33,623 bases of DNA from assembly GCA_964016885.1 (NCBI GenBank), contig CAXHJY010000071.1, positions 1 to 33,623 on the forward strand, given 5' to 3'. This document shows, in pieces, positions 1 through 13,250 of the stretch. The notes below the pieces were generated by a model that saw nothing but the letters and a program-made list of their open reading frames with translations, did no database searches and was not told where the DNA came from. Position 1 is the stretch's first letter; each line of letters starts with the position of its first letter. Both the position numbers and the translations under genes were made by a program. Origin of the DNA: Eledone cirrhosa (taxonomy: Eukaryota).

Positions 1-45
1 TACAGGTATAGAGATATATGTACTTATATAGTTACATATGAATAT

Positions 46-76
<31 letters not shown>

Positions 77-295
77 CATATATAAATATATATATACATA
101 TATACATTTATATATATATATGTATATATGTATATACATATACATGTATACACACACATTTGTGTGAGTGTTTTTAATGTATATGTGTATCTTTATAAGA
201 ATGGACTATAAGAAAGCGCGAGAAAAATATAAGTGGAAACATATTTATGTATTTAAGGCAATATATATATATATACAGACATATATTATGTAATA

Positions 296-341
<46 letters not shown>

Positions 342-394
342 ATAGTATATATATATATTATATATATAATATATATATATATATACATATATAA

Positions 395-447
<53 letters not shown>

Positions 448-506
448 ATATATACATATATATATAACATATATATATATATACATATAAATAAATATAT
501 ATAATA

Positions 507-538
<32 letters not shown>

Positions 539-1271
539 TACATATATATATACATAATATACATATATATAATATATATATATATAAATATATATAATAT
601 ATAATATATATATATATATACACACACACACATTCATATACATATATATGGAGTACATATACAGTGATGTAAGCTAGTAAGTATTGATTTGCCAGTACCG
701 TCTGTTACACCGTGTCTTAGTTGCTTTGACCTAGTTATGTAAACTTCACTTACATAAATTAGGTCATTACACTTAACGTTACCACTTGTTATTCCGACAA
801 CCCTCACATAAAGCTATTTAGTACGTATTTGAGAGCCTTAATAGAAATTTAAGGATGCATATTGGTTGTGTCGTTAGAACCTTGGATAGAATACTTTCTG
901 ATATTCGTTTCGGTTCTCTACTCTCAGTGTTAGAATCCTGCTGATACTGCCAATCCAGAATATTTATTAAAATATATATAACTACACTCAATTGGAAAAC
1001 TATGTCGCTCACTTATTTCTCGCTGATTTTTAAATTATTTTCAGTTTTCTATCAACTTTACCTATGCTGGTAGACAGAAACCACTTTTGCTGCAATAAAA
1101 AGACGGAAGTTGGCCATTGTCACGTGACTATTCCTCCACGACTCCCTAATTAAAAAGAAAATTCTCCAAGGCAGCAAGAGGTGATGCAGGGTGAAGATGG
1201 GACAGGCAAAAAAAAACCCCGGTCTGGACAACATGAAGGTACTTTGTGTATGACAGGAAACAAAGACTAAT

Positions 1272-2010
1272 GGTGATTTCTGAGTACGAGAGTCAGTTTG
1301 ACCATCAACGACTGGGCATCATGTCACAAAACTACGACCCATCTGTGTAGGTCAGAATGCAAAGAGCAGAGGGTGATTGCTGACTACCAGAGTCAGTTTG
1401 ACCATCAACGACTGGGCATCATGTCACAAAACTACGACCCATCTGTGTAGGTCAGAATGCAATGAGCAGAGGTGATTGCTGACTACCAGAGTCAGTTTGA
1501 CCATCAACGACTGGGCATCATGTCACAAAACTACGACCCATCTGTGTAGGTCAGAATGCAATGAGCAGAGGTGATTGCTGAATACCAGAGTCAGTTTGAC
1601 CATCAACGACTGGGCATCATGTCACAAAACTACGACCCATCTGTGTAGTCAGAATGCAAAGAGCAGAGGTGATTGCTGAATACCAGAGTCAGTTTGACCA
1701 TCAACGACTGGGCATCATGTCACAAAAGTACGACCCATCTGTGTAGGTCAGAATGCAATGAGCAGAGGTGATTGCTGACTACCAGAGTCAGTTTGACCAT
1801 CAACGACTGGCATCATGTCACAAAAGTACGACCCATCTGTGTAGGTCAGAATTCAAAGAGCAGTGGTGATTTCTGACTGGGAGAGTCGGTCTAACAACCC
1901 CAATGACTGGACGGGTCACAAAACTACGATCCTTCTCTGTAGGTCAGAATACAATGGGCAGTGTGATTTCTGACTGCCAGAGTCGGTCTGACAACATCAA
2001 CGACTGGAAC
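1272..2010. repeat. 99-bp minisatellite, about 7-8 units, degenerating at both ends
   Basis: Unit GGTGATTGCTGACTACCAGAGTCAGTTTGACCATCAACGACTGGGCATCATGTCACAAAACTACGACCCATCTGTGTAGGTCAGAATGCAAAGAGCAGA recurs at about 1272, 1372, 1471, 1570, 1668, 1767, 1865 and 1963. It has stops in all six frames. Confidence 0.95.
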
Positions 2011-2129
2011 TCTTCTGTCTATGTCGTAAAGCAGTGACCAGTGGCAACTGCTTACTGCCAAAAACGTTTAGAGTGGCCCACAACAACTGATCGCACTACC
2101 GGGAAGAAAAAATAATTACCAGATTAGAA

Positions 2130-2226
2130 GGAAATGAATACTTGGTTCGATATGATCGACTAAATCAAAGCAGTGCTCCAGCATGGCTGATGTCCAATGA
2201 CGAAAACCAGACCCAGTATAAAAGAC
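2130..2226 (+). mobile_element. Diverged SINE 3' fragment
   Basis: AAAGCAGTGCTCCAGCATGGC...AATGACGAAAAC...TAAAAGA resembles the 3' tail of common octopus SINEs (from recall, not searched). Confidence 0.45.
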
Positions 2227-2548
2227 CAAATGAATATAAATTTGAGATAGGAAAATAAAATTTTGCGGTTAATAAATTAATGATAGTGGAAGAATTGATT
2301 GATATGGAATCGTATTCACGAAGAAATTCTTTAGAATTCTTTATATTTCTCAAATTATATAGAAAATGTTTCAGTGACATGACAAGCAATCATTTTAACG
2401 CTATTTTCAGCACGTACGTACTTCCATATCTAAACACTTGACATCTATTTACAGAATTATTTTATTTATATTGTTTCACATGAAAATATAATTATTTCTG
2501 ACACACACACACAAACAGGACACATATGTCTATGTATATGCATATATA

Positions 2549-2586
<38 letters not shown>

Positions 2587-2695
2587 TATATATATGCATG
2601 TTTTATGTATGCACAAACACATATATACATATATATCTGTATACATAAATACATATACATGCGTACACAACTATAGATATACGTGGATATGCTTA

Positions 2696-2735
<40 letters not shown>

Positions 2736-2845
2736 TCTCTTTATATATATATATATATATATACATACATACATACATACATACATACATACATACATAG
2801 ATACATACATACATACATACACATACATACATACATACATACATA

Positions 2846-2899
<54 letters not shown>

Positions 2900-3375
2900 T
2901 ATACATACACACATACATATATATATACACATACATATATATATAAATATATTTATATATATTATATATATATATATATATTTATTTATTTATTTAAATC
3001 GTACACACTCTCGTCAAATCAACAGATATGAGACCACATTTTTGCTCAACTGAACTATCTACACATTAAGACTAGCGTGTAAAGTAGCTGAATATTCCTC
3101 GGACGCCGCGTACCTTTAACATACTTCGATAAAGGTAGGCAATCCGAATACTGTATTGTAGGCATATTTGAAAGGGCTTCTGCGCAGTTTCCACCTACCA
3201 AGTTTTACAAGCAAGTGCATTTAGCTGAAGTAGGGTTTAACCAAGGTTGAAACAGTGGAATAGAAGAAGGAACCTCATAGGTGCAATGCCAACCACTTAA
3301 CCTCCAGGAAATAACTGAAATCATATCCCCCATCTCTCTCTCTCTCTATATATATATATAGAGAGAGAGAGAGAG

Positions 3376-3410
<35 letters not shown>

Positions 3411-3411
<1 letters not shown>

Positions 3412-3509
3412 AGGGTGCCCCAAAAAATGTATACACACTTTGATTGGCAGCACATGCAATATTTATCAGAATGCCGTTGAAGTGTGTATACATTTTTTGG
3501 GACACCCTG
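3411..3509. mobile_element. 99-bp MITE with 30-bp TIRs, Tc1/mariner-like termini
   Basis: CAGGGTGCCCCAAAAAATGTATACACACTT (3411-3440) is inverted at 3480-3509 with one mismatch. It has CAGGGTG ends and lies in a TA/TG tract; the TA TSD is imperfect. Confidence 0.85.
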
Positions 3510-3574
3510 TGTGTGTACACATATATTTATATATATATATTATATATATATATATATAAGTTTTAATATAGATG

Positions 3575-3625
3575 AGATTCTACAGGACTAGAACTGTTTC
3601 ATTCTTTAGAAATCATCAGGAATCT
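3575..3625 (-). ncRNA. Type I hammerhead ribozyme, family A (solo copy; element 3559-3625)
   Basis: Minus strand: AGATTC-CTGATGA-TTTC TAAA GAAT-GAAA-CAG TTCTAGTC CT-GTA-GAATCT. Stem I AGATTC/GAATCT, stem III ACAG/CTGT, GUA triplet; stem II is short and weak. Confidence 0.8.
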
Positions 3626-3653
3626 ATATATATACATATAGAACATAGATGTG

Positions 3654-3691
<38 letters not shown>

Positions 3692-3695
3692 AGCA

Positions 3696-3731
<36 letters not shown>

Positions 3732-3737
3732 GGAGCA

Positions 3738-3782
<45 letters not shown>

Positions 3783-4283
3783 TATATATATATAGATGTA
3801 CATTGATTTGATTATGCTGTCGTTTAGTCAACGTATTCTTGATATACTGGCGAAAAAACGACAAACAAACAAAGATTAAATAAATAAATATATATATAAC
3901 GATAAACAGATATATATCGAAGATAAATTGTGAGAAAGGGAAGTCAATACAATTAGTTATCTATTTGCCAACAGTCAAAAGGAAGAAGACATAGCATTTG
4001 AGAAATATTCATTCTTGTAATTCCTTAAATATTTATTTCGAAAAATAATTCTGTTATCATCATTTTCGTTTCGTTGCTTTCCTCACTCCGTTAGATATAT
4101 CTATCAGGTAAAATCTCTATTATCATTACTGCTACTACATTTTTCTACGTTTTTTTACCTGTCTTTTCCATCTTCTAGATATTAAATTAAAGCAAATTAT
4201 ATTTTAGATTTTATAAAAAGATATGTATGATGATTTAGGATAATTGCATTTTTCTTCTCCACTAAATATATCATGTGTGTATG

Positions 4284-4359
<76 letters not shown>

Positions 4360-4834
4360 GTGTGTGTATGTATATATAAGAATATATATGTATATACACA
4401 CATATGTATGTATATGTATATAAGTTTATATATATATAAATGTATATATATATATATATGTATGTGTATATATATATATATATATATATTATACACACAC
4501 ACATATGAACATGTATATATGTATATATAAGTTTATACATAAGTTTATACATATATATATATATATTATATATCGATTCTTATATGGAGAAGGTAACAAG
4601 GAACTGTATCTTTATATATTCGATCGGGAGAATTGATAACTGTTTTAGACATTTGCTGTCGATTATGAACACCACAAATACTTGCTATTTATACTTGGTA
4701 TTATCCATTTACATATACCAGCATATAGGATACGATAAGAAAAGAAAACTCAAGCATGTTACAATAATAATATTACCTTTCAAATAACCGTTAGGCTTTT
4801 TTATGTTAGGTGCTTATTTAGAATAGTATGGACA

Positions 4835-4993
4835 CGGATTGGCCGAGTCGTTAGAACGTCAGATTGAATACCTTGTGGTTTCGTTCCGGTACTATGCTCT
4901 ATGTGTTCAAATCCGGCGAGGTCAATTTTACCTTTCATCCTTTCAAAGTCGTTGGAAAAAAAGTACCAGTCAAGTAGTACTGGGGTCGATTCT
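4835..4993 (+). mobile_element. Diverged tRNA-derived SINE
   Basis: B-box-like GTTCAAATCC followed by ACCTTTCATCCTTTC...AAAGTACCAGT; homologous to the younger copies in the window. Confidence 0.8.
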
Positions 4994-5019
4994 TCTCTAT
5001 ATTTCTTTCACAGAAAGTG

Positions 5020-5760
5020 AGAGAGAGTTACAGAAAAGAAGTGGGAAAGAGAGGGGGGGGGGGGGGGCAGAGAGAGAGAGACAGAAAGAAAGAAAGTGAT
5101 AGCAAAGAGGTGAGACAGAGAGAGATACAGCAAAGAAGTTGAGAAAGAGAGAAAGAGAGAGAGAGATACAGCAAAGAAGTTGAAAGAGAGAGAGAGAGGG
5201 GGAGAGAGAGAGATACAGCAAAGAAGTTGAGAAAGAGAGAAAGAGAGAAAGAGAGAGAGAGAGAGAGAAAGAGAGAGGGAGGGAGAGAGGAGAGAGAGTG
5301 AGTTACAGCAAAGAAGTGAGAAAGAGAGAGAGAAAGAGAGAGGGAGATAGAGAGAGAGAGAGAGAGTTACAGCAAAGAAGTGAGAAAAAGAGAGAGAAAG
5401 AGAGAGGGAGATAGAGAGGAGAGAGAGAGTTACAGCAAAGAAGTGAGAAAGAGAGAGAGAAAGAGAGAGGGAGATAGAGAGGAGAAAGAGAGAGTTACAG
5501 CAAAGAAGTGAGAAAGAGAGGGAGAAAGAGAGAGGGAGATAGAGAGGAGAAAGAGAGAGTTACAGCAAAGAAGTGAGAAAGAGAGAAAGAAAGAGAGAGG
5601 GAGATAGAGAGAGAGAGAGAGAGTTACAGCAAAGAAGTGAGAAAGAGAGAGAGAAAGAGAGAGTGAGATAGAGAGGAGAGGGAGAGAGTTACAGCAAAGA
5701 AGTGAGAAAGGAGAGAGATAGAGAGAGAGTCAGGGCAAAGGAGAGAGAAAGTGATATAGA
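5020..5760. repeat. GA-rich minisatellite (about 55-60 bp unit containing TTACAGCAAAGAAGTGAGAAA)
   Basis: ACAGCAAAGAAGT recurs about 11 times, separated by (GA)n stretches. Confidence 0.9.
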
Positions 5761-5762
5761 AG

Positions 5763-5908
5763 AATCAAACCAGTACTGGAGTAGTACGATTACGTTTTTT
5801 TATCGACCTCGAAAGCCAAACTTGAGCTCGGTGGCACTCGAACTCAGACAGCTGAGAGACGGAACGAACATGGCAAAGCATTGTATCCAACCTTCTAACG
5901 ACTTTACC
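5763..5908 (-). mobile_element. Diverged tRNA-derived SINE
   Basis: Reverse complement shows GAGTTCGAGTGCC and GGTCGATAAAAAA...CCAGTACTGG, homologous to the SINE family. Confidence 0.65.
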
Positions 5909-6241
5909 CTTTGGCCGTCTATTTCTGATAACATAACACAAATATATTATATCGACCTAACTCGCAGTGAACGTGACATGTAGTGAGTTTGATTGGACCT
6001 TTCGTTACTGCCGTGTCTGTACATAAAGTTTACATAAACTTGCTTGTATAATCTAGAAATACTTGATAAGGAAAGTTTGTGCAGAAACTTTAGATTTATA
6101 AGGAGTAAATGGATAATTATTGATTGTATTGGAGTGTGAAGGCGTTTAACGGTGGTGGAAAAACTACGCTTTTTCTTGTGTCTTTTTAAAAATATATTTG
6201 TTCGTTAGAGGGAAGTGTAGTGTCTTGACCTCCACTGGGCC

Positions 6242-7018
<777 letters not shown>

Positions 7019-7077
7019 TGTGACAAGAAAAGGATAGAGAGATTGAAGGTAAAGAAAGAGAAAGACATAGAGAAAAG

Positions 7078-7140
<63 letters not shown>

Positions 7141-7145
7141 GAAAG

Positions 7146-7178
<33 letters not shown>

Positions 7179-7620
7179 TGACACTGAGAGACAAACGGAG
7201 AATTATAGTCAGAGAGAGAGAGAATAATAGAGGAAGGGGTGAGTTATCCTGTAGGCCAAGAGTTGGGTTATGAAGAAGAAATAAATGGTAAAGACACGCA
7301 ACGAAAAAATACACTGAGTACAGAAAGAAAGCATTTGTTGATTATTATTGAAGAAATTGTGAATATCCACTTCACTTAGATACTATTTTCAATGAGTCTC
7401 TGAAGGAATAATTAAACAAAGGCTTAATCATTTCTTTGCTTTTTTCTCCATTGATTAGAGATTTTACAGGAAATCATTAATTGTCGTTCTTTCTACTAGA
7501 ATCGACTCTAATAACGTTAATGTGTAAAGTGTTGATTTTACTACATGAAGTGTTTGACATCATTATCATAATTTATGATTAGCCAATCAACATCTAGTAT
7601 ACTAAACTAACAGACGAAAC

Positions 7621-7813
7621 TAATAATTGTTTCTACTTTTGGCACAAGGCCAGCAATTACCCAGTACATTACTGGTACTTTATTTTATCGACCCCGTAAG
7701 GATGAAAGGCAAAGTTAACCTCGGCGGGATTTGAACTCAGGTCATAAAGGGCCGAAACTCTATGCTGCAAAGCATGGCGTCCGACCCTCTACCGATACTG
7801 CCAATCCACCGCC
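7621..7813 (-). mobile_element. Full-length tRNA-derived SINE (about 190 bp; central domain resembles the Meta domain)
   Basis: Reverse complement: A-box-like TGGCAGTATCGG, B-box GAGTTCAAATCC, CTTTGCCTTTCATCCTTACGGGGTCGATAAAATAAAGTACCAGT, and an (ATT)n tail. Confidence 0.9.
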
Positions 7814-7893
7814 CCCTCAGATGACACTAATAATAACATGATGTTAATCCTAATATGAATACATGCATGTATTAAATATATATATGTACATAT

Positions 7894-8370
7894 AGTAAAG
7901 CCAGAGTCCTGGTGTTTCTCCAGTGCAAGGCGCATACAATAGTCCACTACGATGATAAAAAGGTAGGGAGCCAATGTATCTCCCTGGAGCACTCCAGCCA
8001 GTATCTCAAAGGATTCTGTCATCCCATCAGGTGTAATGACTTGGGCTTTGGTGTTGGTGTAGAGCAGTGATATCAGGTCCACTATCTCAGCTGTATGGGA
8101 GCATCCCAAAAGTCAGCTCAAAAGTGACACAGAGGAGACTGAGGTGAGCTGGACATGCTCACCGACATCCAGAGTTGACATTGCACTCAGTGCTCCTGTG
8201 GGAGCCCCTACATGGACACACTGGAAGAGGAAGACCAAGGTTAACGTATGTTGATGCCCTAAGGACAGACACTGGTCTGTTGGAGACGCAGGACATGGCA
8301 GCGATAATGAGGGACAGAGACCGCTGGAGAGAACTCGTCCATGGATCTCGGGAATTTTACCCGCCTTAGA
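7894..8370. mobile_element. RTE-clade LINE insertion with 5' inversion/deletion and 12-bp TSD
   Basis: Minus 7894-8090 encodes an RT segment (LYTNTKAQV...GVLQGDTLAPYLFIIVVD). Plus 8089-8369 encodes the C-terminus (LLWEP..GRGRPRLTYVD..MRDRDRWR). ATATGTACATAT flanks both sides (7882-7893, 8371-8382). Confidence 0.9.
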
Positions 8371-8566
8371 ATATGTACATATTGCGATATATGGATTTGC
8401 AGACGCACCCTATATGCACAAGTACCTGAACATAAATAAATAATATTACATAACAGCTTATATATCAGATTGGGCACAAAAGACTCCAGTTGCATTTTCG
8501 ATTTCTTTTCTTTATACTTTCAATCGTGTAGGGCATCTCATTTTTTTATTTATAAAAAGCGCAATT

Positions 8567-8628
<62 letters not shown>

Positions 8629-8773
8629 CTGTCTGTGGGTGTGTTAAAATATAGAAATAGTTATATATATATATCATATTACATATATATGTGTGACAAC
8701 ACACACAAAATCAAGATGGCGTAGGACAGGACAAAGGAGAGGCACAAAACAAAGAAAAGAATCCTCAGTCAAG

Positions 8774-8815
8774 TCACTGAAGAGGTCACAGAATGTGTGA
8801 CGAAAGAACTTATGA
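8774..8815 (+). ncRNA. Putative minimal type I hammerhead ribozyme
   Basis: TCA-CTGAAGA-G-GTCACA GAATG TGTGAC-GAAA-GAACT-TA-TGA. Stem II is 6 bp, stem I is 3 bp, stem III is weak. Confidence 0.6.
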
Positions 8816-9007
8816 ACAACCGTCCGGAACTAACTAACCAACCAACAGGAAATTTATAAATTTATAAATTTTTAAATTTATAATAAATTGGAGTGAAAGC
8901 AACTGGTGCGTGTATTTCTTACTAGCAACATGACCCTCCCAAAGTATAATAATATCGGTTTCAACACACGTTTTCAGATAAAAAATCTTGCTAAACAATT
9001 TCAGAAA

Positions 9008-9070
<63 letters not shown>

Positions 9071-9071
<1 letters not shown>

Positions 9072-9268
9072 GTTATTCCGGGTTGAATCGGAGGTAACCA
9101 CAGTAAGTAAGCTACTCAATACATTGCAGAGTATAAAAGTTTTAATATAGATGAGATTCTACAGGACTAGAACTGTTTCATTCTTTAGAAATCATCAGGG
9201 ATCTCATTCCTGATGATTTCTAAAGAATGAAACAGTTCTAGTCCTGTAGAATCTCATCTATATTAAAA

Positions 9269-9270
<2 letters not shown>
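9071..9270. mobile_element. Family A palindromic element with an HHR on each strand plus a 67-bp tail
   Basis: Perfect 62-bp arms at 9138-9199 and 9209-9270. HHR minus about 9154-9204; HHR plus about 9206-9252 (CTGATGA 9210, GTA 9246-9248). Tail 9071-9137; (TA)n on both sides. Confidence 0.85.
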
Positions 9271-9338
<68 letters not shown>

Positions 9339-9619
9339 CTATTTCTATATCTTAACATGTCAGTAGAATTCCTAACAACAGCAGTCAGTCAATTTCTATA
9401 ACGACTGGGTGAAGGGTAGACATTCAACATGGTTCGATTGATTGCACAACAAATAACTGTGAAGCATTATGAGAGACACCAACAGAACCTACTTTACAAC
9501 AGTGATGACATTCTCTTCAAAATACGCAGACATCTTTTATGTTGTCTGTCTACTTGGTGTCTCTACTGTTTACAGTGCCATTGCTGAATGCTGCGTCTCC
9601 TGTTTCCTCACTGTGTATA

Positions 9620-9638
9620 GGTGTGTGTGTGTGTGTGT

Positions 9639-9677
<39 letters not shown>

Positions 9678-9716
9678 CGTGTGTGTGAATGTGTGTGTGT
9701 GTGTGCGTGTGTGTGA

Positions 9717-9814
<98 letters not shown>

Positions 9815-10740
9815 GTATGTGTATGTCTGTGTGTGTATGTGTGTGTGTGAATGTGTGTGCGTGTGCGTGTGTGTGTGTGTGTGTGTATGCATATGTCTGT
9901 TTTATTTTTATTTATACATGCATGAATGTATTTTTGATTGTATATATGGCTATGTATATATGTGTGACTGCGCATCTCTCTGTGTGTATGAGTGTATGTG
10001 TATGTGTGTATGTGTATGTGCCTTTTTTATTTACATGATCATGTATATATGGCTACGTATATATGTGTGCCTGCGTGTGTCTCTGCGTGTATGTGTGTTT
10101 GTGTATGCGTGTATGCGTATATGTGCCTGTGTTTTTATATGAGCATGCATATATGGCTATGTATGCATGTGTGCCTCTGTATGTGACTGTGTGTGTGTCT
10201 ATATGCATGTGTACGTGCGTCTGTGTATGTATGTATGTGCCTTTTTTATTTACATAAGCATGAATATATATGGCTATATATATGTGTGTAACTGTCTGTG
10301 TTTCTATATGTTTGTGTATGTGTGTATGTGTGTGTTTTATTTGTATGTGCATGAATACATTTGTGTCTGTATATGGCTATGTATATATGTGTGTGTGTCT
10401 GTGTCTATATGAATATGTGTGTACGTCTATATATATGTGTGTATTTGTGCATGTGTCTGTTTATTTATTTATATGTTTGCCTGTATATGTGGCTATGTAT
10501 GTAAGTGTGCCTGTGTGCGTGTCTATATGTATGTATGTTTGAGTGTATGAAGGTATGTATGTGTGTATGTATGCATACATGTATACGTGCATCTGTATAT
10601 GGGTGTCTATATATATGTGTATATATGTATGTTTGTATATAGGTATTATGTATGTGTCTGTGTTTACTTATGTCTATGCGTGCATATACATATGGTATAT
10701 ATATATATGTGTGCGTGTGAGTGTATATGTATGTGTGGAT
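9620..10740. repeat. (TG)n and degenerate TG/TA-rich satellite
   Basis: Pure (TG)n grading into a higher-order TATATGGCTATGTAT-containing repeat. Confidence 0.9.
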
Positions 10741-10742
10741 AT

Positions 10743-11250
10743 ATCATTATTCAATATAGAAATGGCTTCTACAGGACTAGAACTGTTTCATTCGTCTGAA
10801 ATCATCAGGAATTCATTCTAGATGATTTCAGACGAATGAAACAGTTTGAGCCATTTCTATATTAAATAATTGTTTCTACTTTTGGCACAAGGCCAGCTAT
10901 TACCCCAGTGTATTACTGGTACTTTAATTTATCGACCCCGTAAGGATGAAAGGAAATGTTAACCTAGGCGGGATTTGAACTCAGAATGGCAAGGGCCGTA
11001 ACTCTATGCGTCAAACATGGCGTCCGACCCTCTGCCGATACTGCCAATCCACCGCCCCTTTCTATATTAAATAATTGTTTCTACTTTTGGCACAAGGCCA
11101 GCAATTATCCCCAGTGTATTACTGGTACTCTATTTTATCGACCCCGTAAGCATGAAAGGATTTGAACTCAGAATAGCAAGGGCCGTAACTCTATATTAAA
11201 TAATGATCTTCACACTCTACTAATGTATTGAGTACCTTCTTAGTACCTTC
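10743..11250. mobile_element. Family A-related HHR hairpin element interrupted by two SINEs
   Basis: Intact-looking HHR on minus at 10767-10811 (stem II loop AGAC instead of TAAA). Damaged plus copy at 10815-10850. The right arm resumes at 11190 after the SINEs and continues into a tail. Confidence 0.75.
10866..11191 (-). mobile_element. Two tandem SINE copies (10866-11056 full; 11070-11191 truncated/deleted)
   Basis: Same family as 7621-7813. The 15-mer TCTATATTAAATAAT occurs at 10856, 11061 and 11190. Confidence 0.9.
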
Positions 11251-11676
11251 TATATTGTTATTACACACACAGACACACACATATATACATAAATTAAACT
11301 ATGGATATATATAGATATATTTATATATACATACACACACATGTATATATAAAATAAACTATGTATATATATATATATATATACATACATACACACACAC
11401 ATATATATATAAAATAAACTATGTATATATATATATACATACATACACACACACATATATATATAAAATAAACTATGGATATATATATATATATACATAC
11501 ATACACACACACATATATATATAAAATAAACTATGGATATATATATATATATACCGATAAACATAGACACACATATATATGAATATATGTACTTATATAC
11601 ATACATAGTGGTTTATATACATCAATATACATATGTATATAGTTCATAGATCGTTTTCTTGTATGTATTATTGTAA

Positions 11677-11795
<119 letters not shown>

Positions 11796-11818
11796 AGAGA
11801 GAGAGAGATAGAGAGAGC

Positions 11819-11861
<43 letters not shown>

Positions 11862-12525
11862 GAGTGTGCGTGTGTGTGCATGTATGTATGAGAATATGTT
11901 TGATATGTGTATGAGCGTGTGTTGGGTATGATGTGTGTCTATGTGCGCGTGTATGTATATGTGTGTGTATGTGTATGAGTATATGTATGTGTATGTGTGT
12001 GTATGTGCATGTGTCTATGTGTATGTGTATGTATGTGTATCAGTATATATATGTTTATATGTGTGTATGTATATGTGTGTGCATGTGTGTAGATATGCAT
12101 GTGTATGTATGAGCATATATATGAGTATATGTGTGTATATGCATCTGTGTATGTGTGTGAGAGAGAGTGATTAGGTACATATTGTTTTTGTAGGTATAAA
12201 TTCCTTTCTTCTATATACAGCTCTTTATTTTCTGAATCGATCTGGTAACAAATCGATACTTAAGAAAAAATACCGAACCAATACACAAGAATGTTACAAT
12301 TCCGTCATTCCAATTCTAGTTCTTCTGTATTTGTTGGTTTCGATTTTTATTGATTTTTTTTGTATCTTTTTCTTCTATTTTTACAGATCGATCGCATTCC
12401 ATTGATGTTAAACAGAATTTCCTTGCCTTAAATATTGCAATGGAAACCATCATCGTTACCGTCCTGGAACATACACAAACACACATAAGCACAGACACAC
12501 ACGTATGCTGATATTTATGAGCATG

Positions 12526-12605
<80 letters not shown>

Positions 12606-12773
12606 AATTAATATGTAAGTGATGAAACACAGATACCAACATATCTGTATATATATTGCAAAAGAAAAATTTAGCCAGATTGAAGTATACTAATTATTAT
12701 ATATATGTGTGTGTGTGTTTGTGTGTGTCTCTGTCTATTTATTTATTTATTTTTAAACGTATATATAGGTTTA

Positions 12774-12833
<60 letters not shown>

Positions 12834-12940
12834 CCATGTGCCTAGATCAGAAATCATTATATATATATATTATATTATATTATATTATATTATATATTAT
12901 ATTATATATTATATTATATTATATTATATTATATATATAT

Positions 12941-13218
12941 ATTAGAAATTAGAAATTATAAGCTTTCACCGTATTTTAGACTAAAGAAATTTCTAGCCTG
13001 ATAGTGGGGTTTATAACCCTCGGAGAAATGGAAAAAGATGAGTGTTGCCATGACAACACTCATCTTTTTCCATTTCTCCGAGGGTTATAAACCCCACTAT
13101 CAGGCTAGAAATTTCTTTAGTCTAAAATACGGTGAAAGCTTATAATTTCTAATTTCTAATTTCAAACTCGCGCACCGTTTCAAAAACATACTTACATGTT
13201 TACGTTTATAATTTGCTT
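12941..13218 (+). mobile_element. Family B palindromic element: perfect 107-bp inverted arms plus 58-bp tail
   Basis: 12941-13047 is the exact reverse complement of 13054-13160, with spacer CCATGA. Tail 13161-13218. Second copy at 21815-22070. Confidence 0.85.
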
Positions 13219-13250
13219 ATATGTATATATGAATATATATGTATATATAT

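Noticed and set aside
1272-2010. 99-bp (33-codon) repeat as ankyrin-like coding repeat or CRISPR array
   Set aside because: Stops in all six frames, no ankyrin motif, and no unique spacers.
12340-12512. Strong splice-acceptor-like tract (TTTTTACAG ending at 12386) as a host exon
   Set aside because: No recognisable peptide or convincing donor; needs RNA-seq.
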